DNA from: Candidatus Latescibacterota bacterium
GTDB taxonomy: Bacteria > Latescibacterota > UBA2968 > UBA8231
DNA: 64,000 nucleotides
Assembly (NCBI GenBank): GCA_965261395.1
Contig: OZ253462.1
Coordinates: 1,984,001 to 2,048,000 of the forward strand
Direction of reading: 5' to 3'
The notes under the pieces: generated by a model
What the model was told of the DNA's origin: nothing
The model's input: only the letters and a program-made list of their open reading frames with translations
The model's database searches: none
Shown: positions 18,584 to 28,907 of the stretch, piece after piece
Layout of the letters: every line of letters starts with the position of its first letter
Numbering within the stretch: the stretch's first letter is position 1
Position numbers and translations under genes: made by a program

Positions 18584-21500
18584 ATGAGACTCTTAGTGTT
18601 TATAGGCATCTGCTTGGCACCGCTGGCCGCAGTCCACGCCCAAAAAGGCCACCGCGTCACCAGCCGCTCCGTAGTGGTCAATAGGGCCGCGCACTGGCAC
18701 AACTGGCAGCTACCTACCCACGCCGTGCAGGTGTCGCCGGACGGCACCGTCGAGCCGCACTTTTTTCGCGCGCGCTTCAACCTGCTCGACGACTTGCAGA
18801 CCTTCACTCGCCCCATCGTAGATCTGCGTCGCCGCCGCAACCAGAATGCCATCCTCAACATCGACAGCACCCAGACCCGCGACGTAAAAGGCGAGGTCAT
18901 CCTCGACCGCAAGGGCAACCCCTTCTACTCCTATTTCTTTCGTCCAGGCATCAGCCGCGTCGGCTCAAATGCAGCGGCCGCCGCCAACATCCTCGACGAC
19001 GATCCAACCACCTTCTGGGAGCCCGACCCGCAAGCATCGCTCGACGACTGGTGGATCGAAATAGACTTGGGTCGCGTCGTGGCGGTCGATTCCCTCGTCA
19101 TCCACTTCGTCGAAGAAGAGTTGGGCGATCCCTTTTTCCAGTTCCGCGTTCTCGCCGCGCCCGACCAAGAGCCGGTGCAGGAAAACGCCGACAAAATTGC
19201 CTTTGAACGAGTCGCCAGCACCAAGGCCCCCAACCGCGACCAGCGCACCTTCCGCATTGGTCTCGAACAGCTCAAAGCCGACCCCGACTGGCAGGGCAGG
19301 CTGGTGCAGACCATCCGCATCGTGGTCAGCGATACCCGCGGTGCGCGCGGCGAGCAGATCAGCGAAGAGGAATGGCAGGCCCTACCAGCCAACGAGCGCG
19401 GTGCGATCGTCTATTTCATCCGCGATGAACAGGGCTTTGAAGAGCCGGTCGAGCGCGCCGTCTATGAAAGCCTCGATCCCCAGCGCCAAGGCCGCTTGGA
19501 TTACTACCGGCGCGAACGACCGCGTCTGGCCGGTATCGAGGTGTACGGGTTTGGCGACAACATCAGCAGTGGCTTGATAGCCGGCGGCGGCCAACTCGGC
19601 CTGACCGGCGACGGCTTCTTGCCGGGGCCGGCTTTTGATGGGGATTTCAACACCAGCTTCCTGCACCTCGTTTGGTCGCCGACCATCGACCGCGGCGTGC
19701 TCACCGTTGACATGGGCGCGTCGTTTTGGCTCGACGTCATGCGCATTTCCTCGGCCCGGCCCCGGCCTTTTATCGACGGCTACTTGATCCGCGGCTCCGA
19801 CGGCTCGCGCGATACCCGCGGCAAGATCAAGTGGGCGCGCCTCAGCCCCCGCTTCCGCGAGGACAACAGCACCGACCGCTTTGAGCACATCGTCGACACC
19901 TATACCTCCAGCCCCAAGCTCCGCTTCCTCGAAATAAGCATCATCTCGGCAGACCCGCGCCGCCGAGGCGGGTACAACACCGGGCCGACTATTGTCGAGT
20001 ACCAGCTTTTTTCCACCGGCTACCCCGCGCAAGCAGAGCTGACTTCTGATCTGATTGCGCTGCCTGGGGCGCGCAACTTCGGAGCCATCACTTGGGAGAC
20101 TGAGACACCCCCGGGCACGACCGTCGCAATCCGCACCCGCACCGGCGACTTGCTGGGCAAGGTTATCCGCTACTTCGATAGCTCGGGCAACGAAATCACC
20201 TATGACGCTTGGAAAAACCTCTTGGGCAGCTTTAAGGGACCAGCCGACACCACCTTCGTGCCCACTAGCGGCTGGAGCCCTTGGAGCCGCGCCTACCAGC
20301 AGCCCGGCGACATCGTCACCTCTCCCGGTCTGCGCAAGTTCATGCAGTTCCAAGTCGAGATGATTACTACCGACCGCGAGGCCGCGGCCTCGATCCGCTC
20401 GCTCGCGGTCGAGTTGCTCAATCCAGTGGCCGAGCGCATCGCAGCCGAACTATGGCCGGCCTCGGTGGAGACCTCCGGTGAGCGGGAGACCTTTGACGTC
20501 TTTGCCCAGCCCTACTTCATCGAGTCGCCCGCAGCCTCGCGCAGCTCTGGCTTCAACGAAATCCTGCTGACCATGCCGGCCTCGGAAAACCTCGAACTCT
20601 TGGAGTTTGGCATCGGCAGCCCAGACGGCGAGCAGGTCTTTCGCCTTGGGACCGAGCGCGGCGTGCTCTCGGCCGACGACCAGACGCAAGCCGCGCTTTT
20701 GGCCAACAGCGGCGACTCGATCTGGGTGCGCCTAGACGATGCGCTCAACATCCTGCCCGCGACCAGCCGCACGTACAACCGCATTACCCTCGAGGGCGAA
20801 GAGGTTCCCGTGACCCAAGACGGCCTGCCGCTTACGGCCGCGGCGTACGGGACCCTCGACAAAGACGAACGGGGGGCCATTCGCTACTTCCGCCGCAACG
20901 GCAACCGGCTCAGCGAGATTGACCAAACCAGCTACGGCGACCTGCCCAGCGAAGAGCAAGGCCCCGTCCGCTACTTCCGCATTCTGCGTGGCGATGGGGC
21001 CCAGTTTCCCTTTGACGCGCTCGGCGACTCGCTCGACTCGGCAGCGTACAACCGCCTCTCTGCGACTAATCGCGGCGTTGTGACTGGGCCGGGCCAGCGG
21101 TTTCGCCTGCGCCTTTCAGCACCGGTCTTTCTCAACGGCACTACCTTGCACCTGTTCGTGCGCCATGCCACGAGCACCGACGCCGAAGTGGCGTGGCAGG
21201 CCGTTGAAGCGGGCAACGCCGACGAAGGCGTCGCCAGCAACACGCTAGCAATCAAGGTCCCCATCGACAGCGGCCTTCTCCAAGGCCTCGCAGTCGGTCC
21301 CAACCCCTTTACCCCCAACGGCGACGGGATCAACGACGCGGCTGAAATCTCGCTGGACATCTTCAAGCTCACTTCCAGCCGCCGCCTCCAAGTGCGGATT
21401 TATACGCTTGATGGGCGACGGGTTTGGCAGCGCGAGGAGATGGTGTTGAGCGGTCGCACCACCGTGCGTTGGGACGGCGTCGATGACCACGGCCGCCGAG

Positions 21501-21595
21501 CGCCGCCCGGGCTGTATCTGTGCCAAGTCCAGCTCGACGCCGACGCCGAAGGACAGCCGACGACCCAAGCGCGGATTATCGCCGTGGCCTACTAG
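18584..21595 (+). CDS. large secreted protein with discoidin-like domain and C-terminal FlgD/CHU_C-like Ig domain (paralog 1)
   Basis: Signal peptide, GGAGG RBS, WWIEIDLGR, RTRTG core, PNPFTPNGDGIND...WDG.D..G...PPGLY, ends IAVAY. Confidence 0.75.
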   Translation: MRLLVFIGICLAPLAAVHAQKGHRVTSRSVVVNRAAHWHNWQLPTHAVQVSPDGTVEPHFFRARFNLLDDLQTFTRPIVDLRRRRNQNAILNIDSTQTRDVKGEVILDRKGNPFYSYFFRPGISRVGSNAAAAANILDDDPTTFWEPDPQASLDDWWIEIDLGRVVAVDSLVIHFVEEELGDPFFQFRVLAAPDQEPVQENADKIAFERVASTKAPNRDQRTFRIGLEQLKADPDWQGRLVQTIRIVVSDTRGARGEQISEEEWQALPANERGAIVYFIRDEQGFEEPVERAVYESLDPQRQGRLDYYRRERPRLAGIEVYGFGDNISSGLIAGGGQLGLTGDGFLPGPAFDGDFNTSFLHLVWSPTIDRGVLTVDMGASFWLDVMRISSARPRPFIDGYLIRGSDGSRDTRGKIKWARLSPRFREDNSTDRFEHIVDTYTSSPKLRFLEISIISADPRRRGGYNTGPTIVEYQLFSTGYPAQAELTSDLIALPGARNFGAITWETETPPGTTVAIRTRTGDLLGKVIRYFDSSGNEITYDAWKNLLGSFKGPADTTFVPTSGWSPWSRAYQQPGDIVTSPGLRKFMQFQVEMITTDREAAASIRSLAVELLNPVAERIAAELWPASVETSGERETFDVFAQPYFIESPAASRSSGFNEILLTMPASENLELLEFGIGSPDGEQVFRLGTERGVLSADDQTQAALLANSGDSIWVRLDDALNILPATSRTYNRITLEGEEVPVTQDGLPLTAAAYGTLDKDERGAIRYFRRNGNRLSEIDQTSYGDLPSEEQGPVRYFRILRGDGAQFPFDALGDSLDSAAYNRLSATNRGVVTGPGQRFRLRLSAPVFLNGTTLHLFVRHATSTDAEVAWQAVEAGNADEGVASNTLAIKVPIDSGLLQGLAVGPNPFTPNGDGINDAAEISLDIFKLTSSRRLQVRIYTLDGRRVWQREEMVLSGRTTVRWDGVDDHGRRAPPGLYLCQVQLDADAEGQPTTQARIIAVAY

Positions 21596-21650
21596 TTATT
21601 GCTGGAACGCCCGGAGCCGATTATCATTGACGCACCTTAGGAGGGATTGC

Positions 21651-24314
21651 ATGAACCGGAGATGGACATTCTGGACGGCAATAGCCATCCTGTGGCTCGG
21701 CAGTGCTGCTGCCGACGCCCAGGAATACGGCGCTCGCACCGGCACGGTCAAAAGGGGCGGGGTGGTTTCCTTTGAGCCACAGGGGCCCGGCGTCCTGTTC
21801 GGCTCCCTCGACCCGGCCAAGCGCAAGTGGTACGTGCCGCAGGAGCTTTTTAACGAATATCAGTGGCGGCAGTGGGAATACTCCAACTACGCCCGCGATC
21901 ACTACCAGCGCTACGTTAGCGCCATCCGCGAGGGCGATTACTACTACGACCTCTACGGCAACCTCATCACCCGGGGCTGGCTGATTTTCAACAACTCGCA
22001 GACCCAGCCCCGGCAGTTTGGCTCTTCCGTGCTGAAGTCTAGAAATTTCGAGGGGTGGTTTAGCGGCTTGGTCATCTCGGCCGACTCCAAGGGCCAGCAC
22101 CACTACGCCCTGACGGCCGGCACCAAGATCCGCTCGACCCTGACGCCGATGACCTTCTCCAAGCCGCGCTGGGACGGCATTCAATTCGACTACGCGGCTG
22201 ACAAATACCAAGGCACCCTGATCTACTCGCGTATCAGCCGCCCCGGTGGCACGTCAACCAACGATCAAGAGAGCTTGGTCACCAACGAAACATCTATGTT
22301 CGGCAGCCGCACCACCGCGCAGGTGGGCGACTTCGCCACCATAGGGCTGACCATGGTCAACGCCCACCAGTCCAACACCCTCATCGACGGCTTTACCGGC
22401 AACCCCTTCACCGGTGAGCTTACAGTTGATCAGAACCAGACCGTCTCGATCATCGAGGTCGTCTTGCGCGACGACAGCCCCGAGGACGGCGTCGGCGGCG
22501 CAGCCTTCTTCAGCGCCGGTTCGGACATCATCATCACCTATCTCGACGGCACCCAAGACAACGGCAAGGCCATTCGCTTTGAGCCGATCATCGAAGGTGG
22601 CCTCGTGGGGGAGGGCTTTCTCTCAGCCGATGGCGTCGAGGAGATCCGCCTGCGCTACGACTTTGACAGCCCGGCCTTTGTCAACCGCGCTTCGGGCACC
22701 AAAGAAGAAATCAAAAAGGTCGAGTTCCGCCTCGTGCTGGGCAACGACTATCAGGTCTGGGTCACTTCTGACAGCCAGCTCAACTTCAGCGGCGAGTCCG
22801 TGCTCTTGCTCGTCGCCCAAGCCGAGGGCAACGTCCAAGACAACACCAATTTGCAGATCGTCAGTTTCGACTACGGCCTGCCGACCTCCACTCAGATTTG
22901 GGGAGGAACCTTAGAGCTGCAAAAGGTCCTCGGCTTCGACTTCTACGGCGAGTACGACCTCAGTTACAGCTACACCAAGTACCCCAATGTAGTCGCCAAA
23001 ACCCACACCACCTTTTCCGGCATCCGCGGCGACCGCGCCGCCGCCGCGTGGATGATGAACCTCTCGCGGGTCGCGTTTCCCTTTTTCTTTTTTGGCGAGG
23101 CCTACAGCATGGATCCTCGCTACTCCACCCGCACGTTCACCGCCCAAGGCGATGGCTTTATCGACTACGAGGACGAACGCATCCACGTCGTCGAGCTGGT
23201 CGAGGACAACGACGACCAAGACGAATTTCCCGACACCGTGCGCAAGGACTGGCAAGTCGGCGACCCGAGCGTCTTCCCCGGCTGGGACGAAAACAACGAC
23301 TTCATCTCGGATTTCAACCAGAACGACAACCGCTTCTTGAGCAACCTCATCCCGGACTACGAGGAGCCGTTTTTGCGCCACAACGTCGATCGGCCCGAAT
23401 TTCTCTTCGGCATCGACCTGAACAACAACCTGTGGGTCGATCGCTTTGAAAACGACGAACTGCCCGACTACCCCTACAATAAGGATCACCGCGGGTACAA
23501 CGCCTACGGCGGCGTCCACTTCACCCCGGAATTGCGGCTGATGGTCGGCGTCTTGCGCGAGGGCCTCATTTCTTCCAAGCAGAAAAACCACGCCAATTAC
23601 GCCCTGCTAACTCTCGACTACCACCACCCTTCTTGGGGTCGCTTCCGCGCCTTTGAGATGCTCAAATCCACCACCGACGACATTCCCGACGACCTCTTGC
23701 AGTGGCTGCCCAACGCCAATATTCGCACCGGCGAGCCGACCAAAGTTGAGGATCCCCTCATCGCCCGCGACGCTTGGATCAACAGCCTGTGGATCGGCCA
23801 CGACTACAAGTTGCGCGGCCTGCTGACGGCCAATTACCTCAAATACGACCTGTATCACCAGCGGCTCAGCGAGAACGAGCGAGCGCTGTTGGGCCTGCGC
23901 GAGCGCGACTTTTTCTTTGGCCTAATCAACAAAATCAGCTACCGCTTCGACTTTGGGCACCTGTGGCTGGAGCCGCGCTGGAAAAGCGAGTACCGCCACC
24001 AGAGCCGCGACCTAATTTCGGCTGACGAGCGCACCGAGCTGGCCGAGATCGGCGGCTTCGTCCTCGGCTTTCCCCTGCTCAGCCACACGACCCTGCTGAG
24101 CGGGCTGGAGCTGACCTTCCTCAATGACATGAAGCGCGACTCCAACGACTTCAACGGCCTAGTCTGGGCCTTGCAGATGGCCAATATCTCCGATTATCTC
24201 GGCTACAAAGTCACGACTCATGCGGGTATGAAAATCGACCGTCGCCAGCCCCGAGGCGAGGACGCCGTGATTATTAATCAGATCTTTATTTCCATCTACG
24301 CGGGCTTGCAATAA
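21651..24314 (+). CDS. exported hypothetical protein, probable outer-membrane beta-barrel with Asp/Asn-rich Ca-binding inserts
   Basis: Signal peptide, amphipathic aromatic-rich strands, terminal strand QIFISIYAGLQ, DNDDQD/DENND/DLNNN motifs. Confidence 0.55.
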   Translation: MNRRWTFWTAIAILWLGSAAADAQEYGARTGTVKRGGVVSFEPQGPGVLFGSLDPAKRKWYVPQELFNEYQWRQWEYSNYARDHYQRYVSAIREGDYYYDLYGNLITRGWLIFNNSQTQPRQFGSSVLKSRNFEGWFSGLVISADSKGQHHYALTAGTKIRSTLTPMTFSKPRWDGIQFDYAADKYQGTLIYSRISRPGGTSTNDQESLVTNETSMFGSRTTAQVGDFATIGLTMVNAHQSNTLIDGFTGNPFTGELTVDQNQTVSIIEVVLRDDSPEDGVGGAAFFSAGSDIIITYLDGTQDNGKAIRFEPIIEGGLVGEGFLSADGVEEIRLRYDFDSPAFVNRASGTKEEIKKVEFRLVLGNDYQVWVTSDSQLNFSGESVLLLVAQAEGNVQDNTNLQIVSFDYGLPTSTQIWGGTLELQKVLGFDFYGEYDLSYSYTKYPNVVAKTHTTFSGIRGDRAAAAWMMNLSRVAFPFFFFGEAYSMDPRYSTRTFTAQGDGFIDYEDERIHVVELVEDNDDQDEFPDTVRKDWQVGDPSVFPGWDENNDFISDFNQNDNRFLSNLIPDYEEPFLRHNVDRPEFLFGIDLNNNLWVDRFENDELPDYPYNKDHRGYNAYGGVHFTPELRLMVGVLREGLISSKQKNHANYALLTLDYHHPSWGRFRAFEMLKSTTDDIPDDLLQWLPNANIRTGEPTKVEDPLIARDAWINSLWIGHDYKLRGLLTANYLKYDLYHQRLSENERALLGLRERDFFFGLINKISYRFDFGHLWLEPRWKSEYRHQSRDLISADERTELAEIGGFVLGFPLLSHTTLLSGLELTFLNDMKRDSNDFNGLVWALQMANISDYLGYKVTTHAGMKIDRRQPRGEDAVIINQIFISIYAGLQ

Positions 24315-24327
24315 GCGCGCAGCGCCC

Positions 24328-26541
24328 ATGGCTAGACGCTGGATGTTCATGGGGGTTGTGGCCGTCTTTGCGCTCGCCCTCTCAGCGCGCCTTTACTACC
24401 TCCACGAAATACGCGTCAGCCCGCTTTTTACCGCACCCGTCGTCGATGCCCGCACCTATACCGAGGACGCTCGCTACCTAAGCGACGTCTCCTTTGCGGG
24501 TCGGCCCGCGCCCTTCTGGCAACCACCGCTCTACCCCGTGCTGCTCGGCGTCCTCTTTGCCGTCGCCGGAGACAATCTCTACCTACCGAGGCTCATCCAA
24601 GCCGTCCTAGGCGCGCTCGTCTGCGTCCTCATCTGCCTGTTGGGGTACCGGGTCTTTGGCGCGGGGATCGGGCTAGGCGCGGGCTTTGCCGCGGCGTTGT
24701 ACGGTCCCCTCATCTACTTTGGCGGCGAGTTGCTGCCGACCCTGCTGGCCTGTTGCCTCAACTTGCTCGTGCTGTTGCTCGCAGTCGGCGGGGGCGGTTG
24801 GGCGCGCGCGCTGGCAGCCGGTGTGCTGCTGGGCCTGTCCGCGCTCGCCGTGGCCAATGTGCTGCTCTTCGCGCCCGTGCTGTTGGGCTATCTCTACTGG
24901 CGACAGCGGCGGCTCCGCCCGCCAGCTCTCCTGCTCTTGGGCTGCGCGCTGGTCATCGCGCCGGTCGCGTATCGCAACTGGGCGGTTGGCGACGATCTAG
25001 TGCTCATCTCGCACAACGCGGGCATCAACTTTTACATCGGCAACAACGCCGACTACGCGCAAACGACCCGCATCCGCCCGGGACGGGCTTGGGCCGAGCT
25101 GGTGGAAATGCCCGAACGCCGCGCTGGTATTGAGCAGCCTTCGGCCAAGTCGCGCTATTTCTTTGCCCAATCTTGGCAATACATAACCTCCGAGCCGCTC
25201 GATTTCTTGGGCTTGCTGGCCTACAAGGGCTACCTATTCCTGCGCGGCGACGAAATCCCGCGCAACCGCGACCTCTACTTCGCCCGCAACGACTCTTCGC
25301 TGTTGTCGATCCTGCTGTGGAAAAAGGGGCTGGCGTTTCCCTTCGGCTTGATCGCCCCGCTGGCTCTAGTGGGGCTTTTTGCCTTTCTGCGCTCCCCTGA
25401 GCCTGCCGAGGGGCGCTTGCTCGCGCTCTTTGTGGCTTGCTACGCGCTGTCCGTAGTCCTGTTTTTCGTCACCGGGCGCTATCGCCTGCCGGCTGTCCCG
25501 GTGCTGTTGCTGTTTGCGGCTTGTGGGGTGCGCGCCCTGTGGCACCGGCCTTGGCCCGCGCTCGCCGCCTTTGCCGCCCTCCTGGTCTTTTGCAATGTCG
25601 CCACAGGCGCGATGGACCGAGAAGGCGATGCCCACGAGCACTACTATCTCGGCTACGCCTACGAGGAACGGGACATGCCGGCCCACGCCGCCCGCCACTA
25701 CCGCCGCGCCATGGCCCGCGACCCCAACTTCGCCGAGCCACTTCTCGCGCTCGCCGCGCTCCACGGCGAGGCCAAGCGCTACGGCAAGGCCATCGACCTC
25801 TATCGCCGCTATCTTAAAACGCGGCCTCACGACGAGGACGTGCGCTTTCTCCTTGGTCACACCGCATTGCTCGCTCGGCGCTACGACGAGGCTGCAGCCG
25901 CGTACTCTGAGATCACAGCGGTGCGTCCCAACTGGGCAGCCGCGCACGGCGGCCTCGGCTACGCCCTCCTAATGACGGACCAACCCCAGCGCGCTACCCG
26001 AGCTTATAGTCGCACGCTCGAACTGAACCCGGACTCGACGCTCGTGCGCTATCAACTTGCTCGCCTGTACGCCGAGCAAGGGCAGACCCGCGAGGCTATC
26101 GCCGAGTTTGAGCAACTCGTGCAGCGCGAACCGCACATTCCCGAGTACCCAACCCGCCTCGCCGACCTGCTCATCCAACTCCAACAAGGGACGGGCATGG
26201 CCCTCGGGCAAACGAGCCAGTTAGCCGAGGCCGAAAGACTTTTGCGCCGCGCCATCGCGCTCGACCCCAAGGCCGCGCATCCCCATTGGAGCTTGGGCAT
26301 GCTCTACGCCCGCCAAGGACGCTATGCAGAGGCCGTGACCCTGTTTGAGCATTTGCTCCAGATCGCTCCGCGCGATTACCAAACCCACCTATTCCTCGGG
26401 CACCTCTACCAACGCACCGGACGCCAAGCCGACGCGGACGCCCAGTTCGCGGCCTTCAGCCGCAGCCAGCGCGCCTACCGCATGGAAAAGGTGGCGCGCC
26501 GGGAAATGGAAGCCCAGATCGAACAAATTTTCGGCGGTTGA
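24328..26541 (+). CDS. GT-C fold glycosyltransferase (GT39/PMT_2-like) fused to C-terminal TPR repeats
   Basis: VVDARTY...PFWQPPLYP, multiple TMs, GINFYIGNN, FFVTGRYRLP, then TPRs. Confidence 0.8.
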   Translation: MARRWMFMGVVAVFALALSARLYYLHEIRVSPLFTAPVVDARTYTEDARYLSDVSFAGRPAPFWQPPLYPVLLGVLFAVAGDNLYLPRLIQAVLGALVCVLICLLGYRVFGAGIGLGAGFAAALYGPLIYFGGELLPTLLACCLNLLVLLLAVGGGGWARALAAGVLLGLSALAVANVLLFAPVLLGYLYWRQRRLRPPALLLLGCALVIAPVAYRNWAVGDDLVLISHNAGINFYIGNNADYAQTTRIRPGRAWAELVEMPERRAGIEQPSAKSRYFFAQSWQYITSEPLDFLGLLAYKGYLFLRGDEIPRNRDLYFARNDSSLLSILLWKKGLAFPFGLIAPLALVGLFAFLRSPEPAEGRLLALFVACYALSVVLFFVTGRYRLPAVPVLLLFAACGVRALWHRPWPALAAFAALLVFCNVATGAMDREGDAHEHYYLGYAYEERDMPAHAARHYRRAMARDPNFAEPLLALAALHGEAKRYGKAIDLYRRYLKTRPHDEDVRFLLGHTALLARRYDEAAAAYSEITAVRPNWAAAHGGLGYALLMTDQPQRATRAYSRTLELNPDSTLVRYQLARLYAEQGQTREAIAEFEQLVQREPHIPEYPTRLADLLIQLQQGTGMALGQTSQLAEAERLLRRAIALDPKAAHPHWSLGMLYARQGRYAEAVTLFEHLLQIAPRDYQTHLFLGHLYQRTGRQADADAQFAAFSRSQRAYRMEKVARREMEAQIEQIFGG

Positions 26542-26660
26542 TCCGCAGAAAGCGACTTCTCGATGCACAACGCGAGCCGCTGGGCGGTTTTCGGGCATGG
26601 ACCGCTCAGCGTGTTACCCGACGACCCACGAGTGCAAAATCGGTTGGAGAGACTGGGGCG

Positions 26661-28751
26661 TTAGTAAACGACGGCTACGACGCGGCTTTGCTCAGCGTCG
26701 CCCGAATCCCCGGCGACAAAGACGCGGGCCACGTACAGGCCCGGGGGAACGGCTTGGCCTTGGTCGTCGCGACCGTCCCACACTTTGTCTGTGTAGTGGC
26801 CGTTGGCCTCGTCGCCGGCGAAGAGGACGCGCACGCGCTGGCCGCTCAAGTCGTAGAGCGCGACCTCGACCGGCCTCGGGGTGCTCAGCGCCAACAGGTT
26901 GTAGTAGATGACCGCCTCGTCGTTGATGCTGTCGCCATTGGGGGTAAAGGGGTTAGGCGCAGCCTTCACTTCGCCCAATAGCTGTCCTTCGGCCAATACG
27001 GACGGACTGAGCACCGTGGTGCCTGAAAAAGCGTCTTCGTCGCCCTCGCCCAAAAAGGCCACATTGCCCGGATCAATGACCTGAGCGGCACCCGGCTCGG
27101 TAGTGAGCCGCGCCGCAGCGGTGAAGTTGGTGCTGTACGTCAGCACGTTGGTCTGGAAGCGAACATGCACCTGCGTCTGGTCGTCGGTCACCACGGGGAA
27201 GCGCACGGCAAAGCGGTCGTCGGTCACCTCGGCAATGGCAAACTCTCCACTAGCCGCGTCGAGGCTAGCGAACTGATGCTCGGCCACGACCGCACCATCG
27301 CCATCAATAATCTGCACCGCGTCGATGCTCGACACCCGCGCCGGCGTGTCGATCTCAATGGTGTCGAAGCCGCGCAGGTCGGCGGTGCCCATGGCGGCGC
27401 GCGCGGCAAAGGTAAAGACCTCTTCCTCAGACACCGGGACCTCGCGCGGAAAGACCTCGCCGACCAAGGCGTCGGCAAACGGCGGCGTCAACAAGTCGAA
27501 GTTCAGCGACTCGATCACCCGCGCTGCCTCTAGGTCGCTGCTATTAAAAACGACCTCGAACTGCATGTAGCGGCGCGGACTGGGCGAGACAATGGGCCGG
27601 CCCGGGCCGTTGGCCGCGCTCGCCGGATAAGGCGTGCTGAAAGGACTCCAATTGATCAGGTCGTCGGTCACGGCCCCGGCCATCCACTCGCGGCCCGCAG
27701 CGTCGGTAATGGGCGTCTGACCGGCCTTTTGGGGAAATTTCCGGTACTCGGCTAGGCCCATTTCCTCCCCGGGGTTTTCCAGCGAAAAAGGAATGTCATC
27801 GGCGTCTTGCTTGCCGCGCAGTCGGCGAGTGTACACAAAGGGTGAGGTGTCCGTGCCCGTGCGCGTGCGGATCTGCGCGCTGGAGAAGCGCGGATCGCCC
27901 AACACCTCTTCCACCCAGCGCAGCGTGCCCCACACGGCTGGTTGCCCGGCGTCGAAGATGTCCGACACGTACTGGGCCCGCGACAGGAAGCCCTTGCCGA
28001 AAATCTCGATCTCGTCGATCTCAAAGTCTATCGGCGAGGTCGCCCGCAAGCGCAGGTGCTGGACGTAGCGCGGCGGGTCGAGCGGCACGTCGATAACCGC
28101 GACTTGGTTGTCGGTCTCGGCGATCAGCGGATCCCAGATGGGCGTGTCCTCGCTGGTCAAGTTCAGGCCGTCGTTGGTAAAAAGCTCATACGCTCGCAGG
28201 TAGTCGTTTTGAAAAGGGGTCGAGGGCGAAGACACGACTGTATTGCGCGGATAGATGCGTATCCGCTCCACCCCGAAGCGCGCCCCTAAATTGAGCAGGA
28301 CTAGGATGCCGAGGGAATTCTGATTCTTGCGCTCAAAGGCCAACAACTCGCCGCCCGGCTGGTCTGAGAGCAACTCCTTTAACATCATCTCCAAGTCGAG
28401 CGGCTTGAACGTACCGCTGAAGTCGAAGACATTGGGCGAATCGATGTCGCCGCCGCGCTCGATGGTGCCGACGGCCACGTTATCCCCCTCGGCAATGCGC
28501 AGCGGCAGGATGCTGTGGGCAAAGTCCTCGCGTGCGAATTCGACTAAGTCGCCGGGCGCGTTGCCCACCAGCAGGTTGTTGGGGTTCAAGGGCGAGCGGT
28601 GCTCGGCGTCAATGGTGGAGACGACTGCCTCGCCTTCACCTCGCCAGTCCAAGTCGCCGCCCTCCCCAATCGAGACCGCGTCGAGTGCCAAACTTCCGCT
28701 CGGCAGCCAGAGCACTAAGACGAGACCGACTGCGGCACAATACGCTTTCAT
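26661..28751 (-). CDS. secreted protein with discoidin-like and C-terminal FlgD/CHU_C-like domain (paralog 2)
   Basis: GGAGG RBS, signal peptide, RTRTG core, PNPFTPNGDSIND, WDGRD, ends VAVVY. Confidence 0.75.
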   Translation of the reverse strand: MKAYCAAVGLVLVLWLPSGSLALDAVSIGEGGDLDWRGEGEAVVSTIDAEHRSPLNPNNLLVGNAPGDLVEFAREDFAHSILPLRIAEGDNVAVGTIERGGDIDSPNVFDFSGTFKPLDLEMMLKELLSDQPGGELLAFERKNQNSLGILVLLNLGARFGVERIRIYPRNTVVSSPSTPFQNDYLRAYELFTNDGLNLTSEDTPIWDPLIAETDNQVAVIDVPLDPPRYVQHLRLRATSPIDFEIDEIEIFGKGFLSRAQYVSDIFDAGQPAVWGTLRWVEEVLGDPRFSSAQIRTRTGTDTSPFVYTRRLRGKQDADDIPFSLENPGEEMGLAEYRKFPQKAGQTPITDAAGREWMAGAVTDDLINWSPFSTPYPASAANGPGRPIVSPSPRRYMQFEVVFNSSDLEAARVIESLNFDLLTPPFADALVGEVFPREVPVSEEEVFTFAARAAMGTADLRGFDTIEIDTPARVSSIDAVQIIDGDGAVVAEHQFASLDAASGEFAIAEVTDDRFAVRFPVVTDDQTQVHVRFQTNVLTYSTNFTAAARLTTEPGAAQVIDPGNVAFLGEGDEDAFSGTTVLSPSVLAEGQLLGEVKAAPNPFTPNGDSINDEAVIYYNLLALSTPRPVEVALYDLSGQRVRVLFAGDEANGHYTDKVWDGRDDQGQAVPPGLYVARVFVAGDSGDAEQSRVVAVVY

Positions 28752-28907
28752 TGCAATCCTCCGTGCGATTTGCTGCATAAAACAACCAAAGAGCGAGCAT
28801 AAATCAAGTTAAGCGCGGCTCGCCATGCGCTATATCCAAACTTGCCAAGCCGCCCTCTTCTTTCTTTATATTACTTTTATCTCATTTTATCTCAAGGAAA
28901 AGACGCC

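Noticed and set aside
26578-26611. Hairpin CGCTGGGCGGT...ACCGCTCAGCG between convergent genes
   Set aside because: No U-tract and a single copy in the window; cannot be called a terminator or REP with confidence
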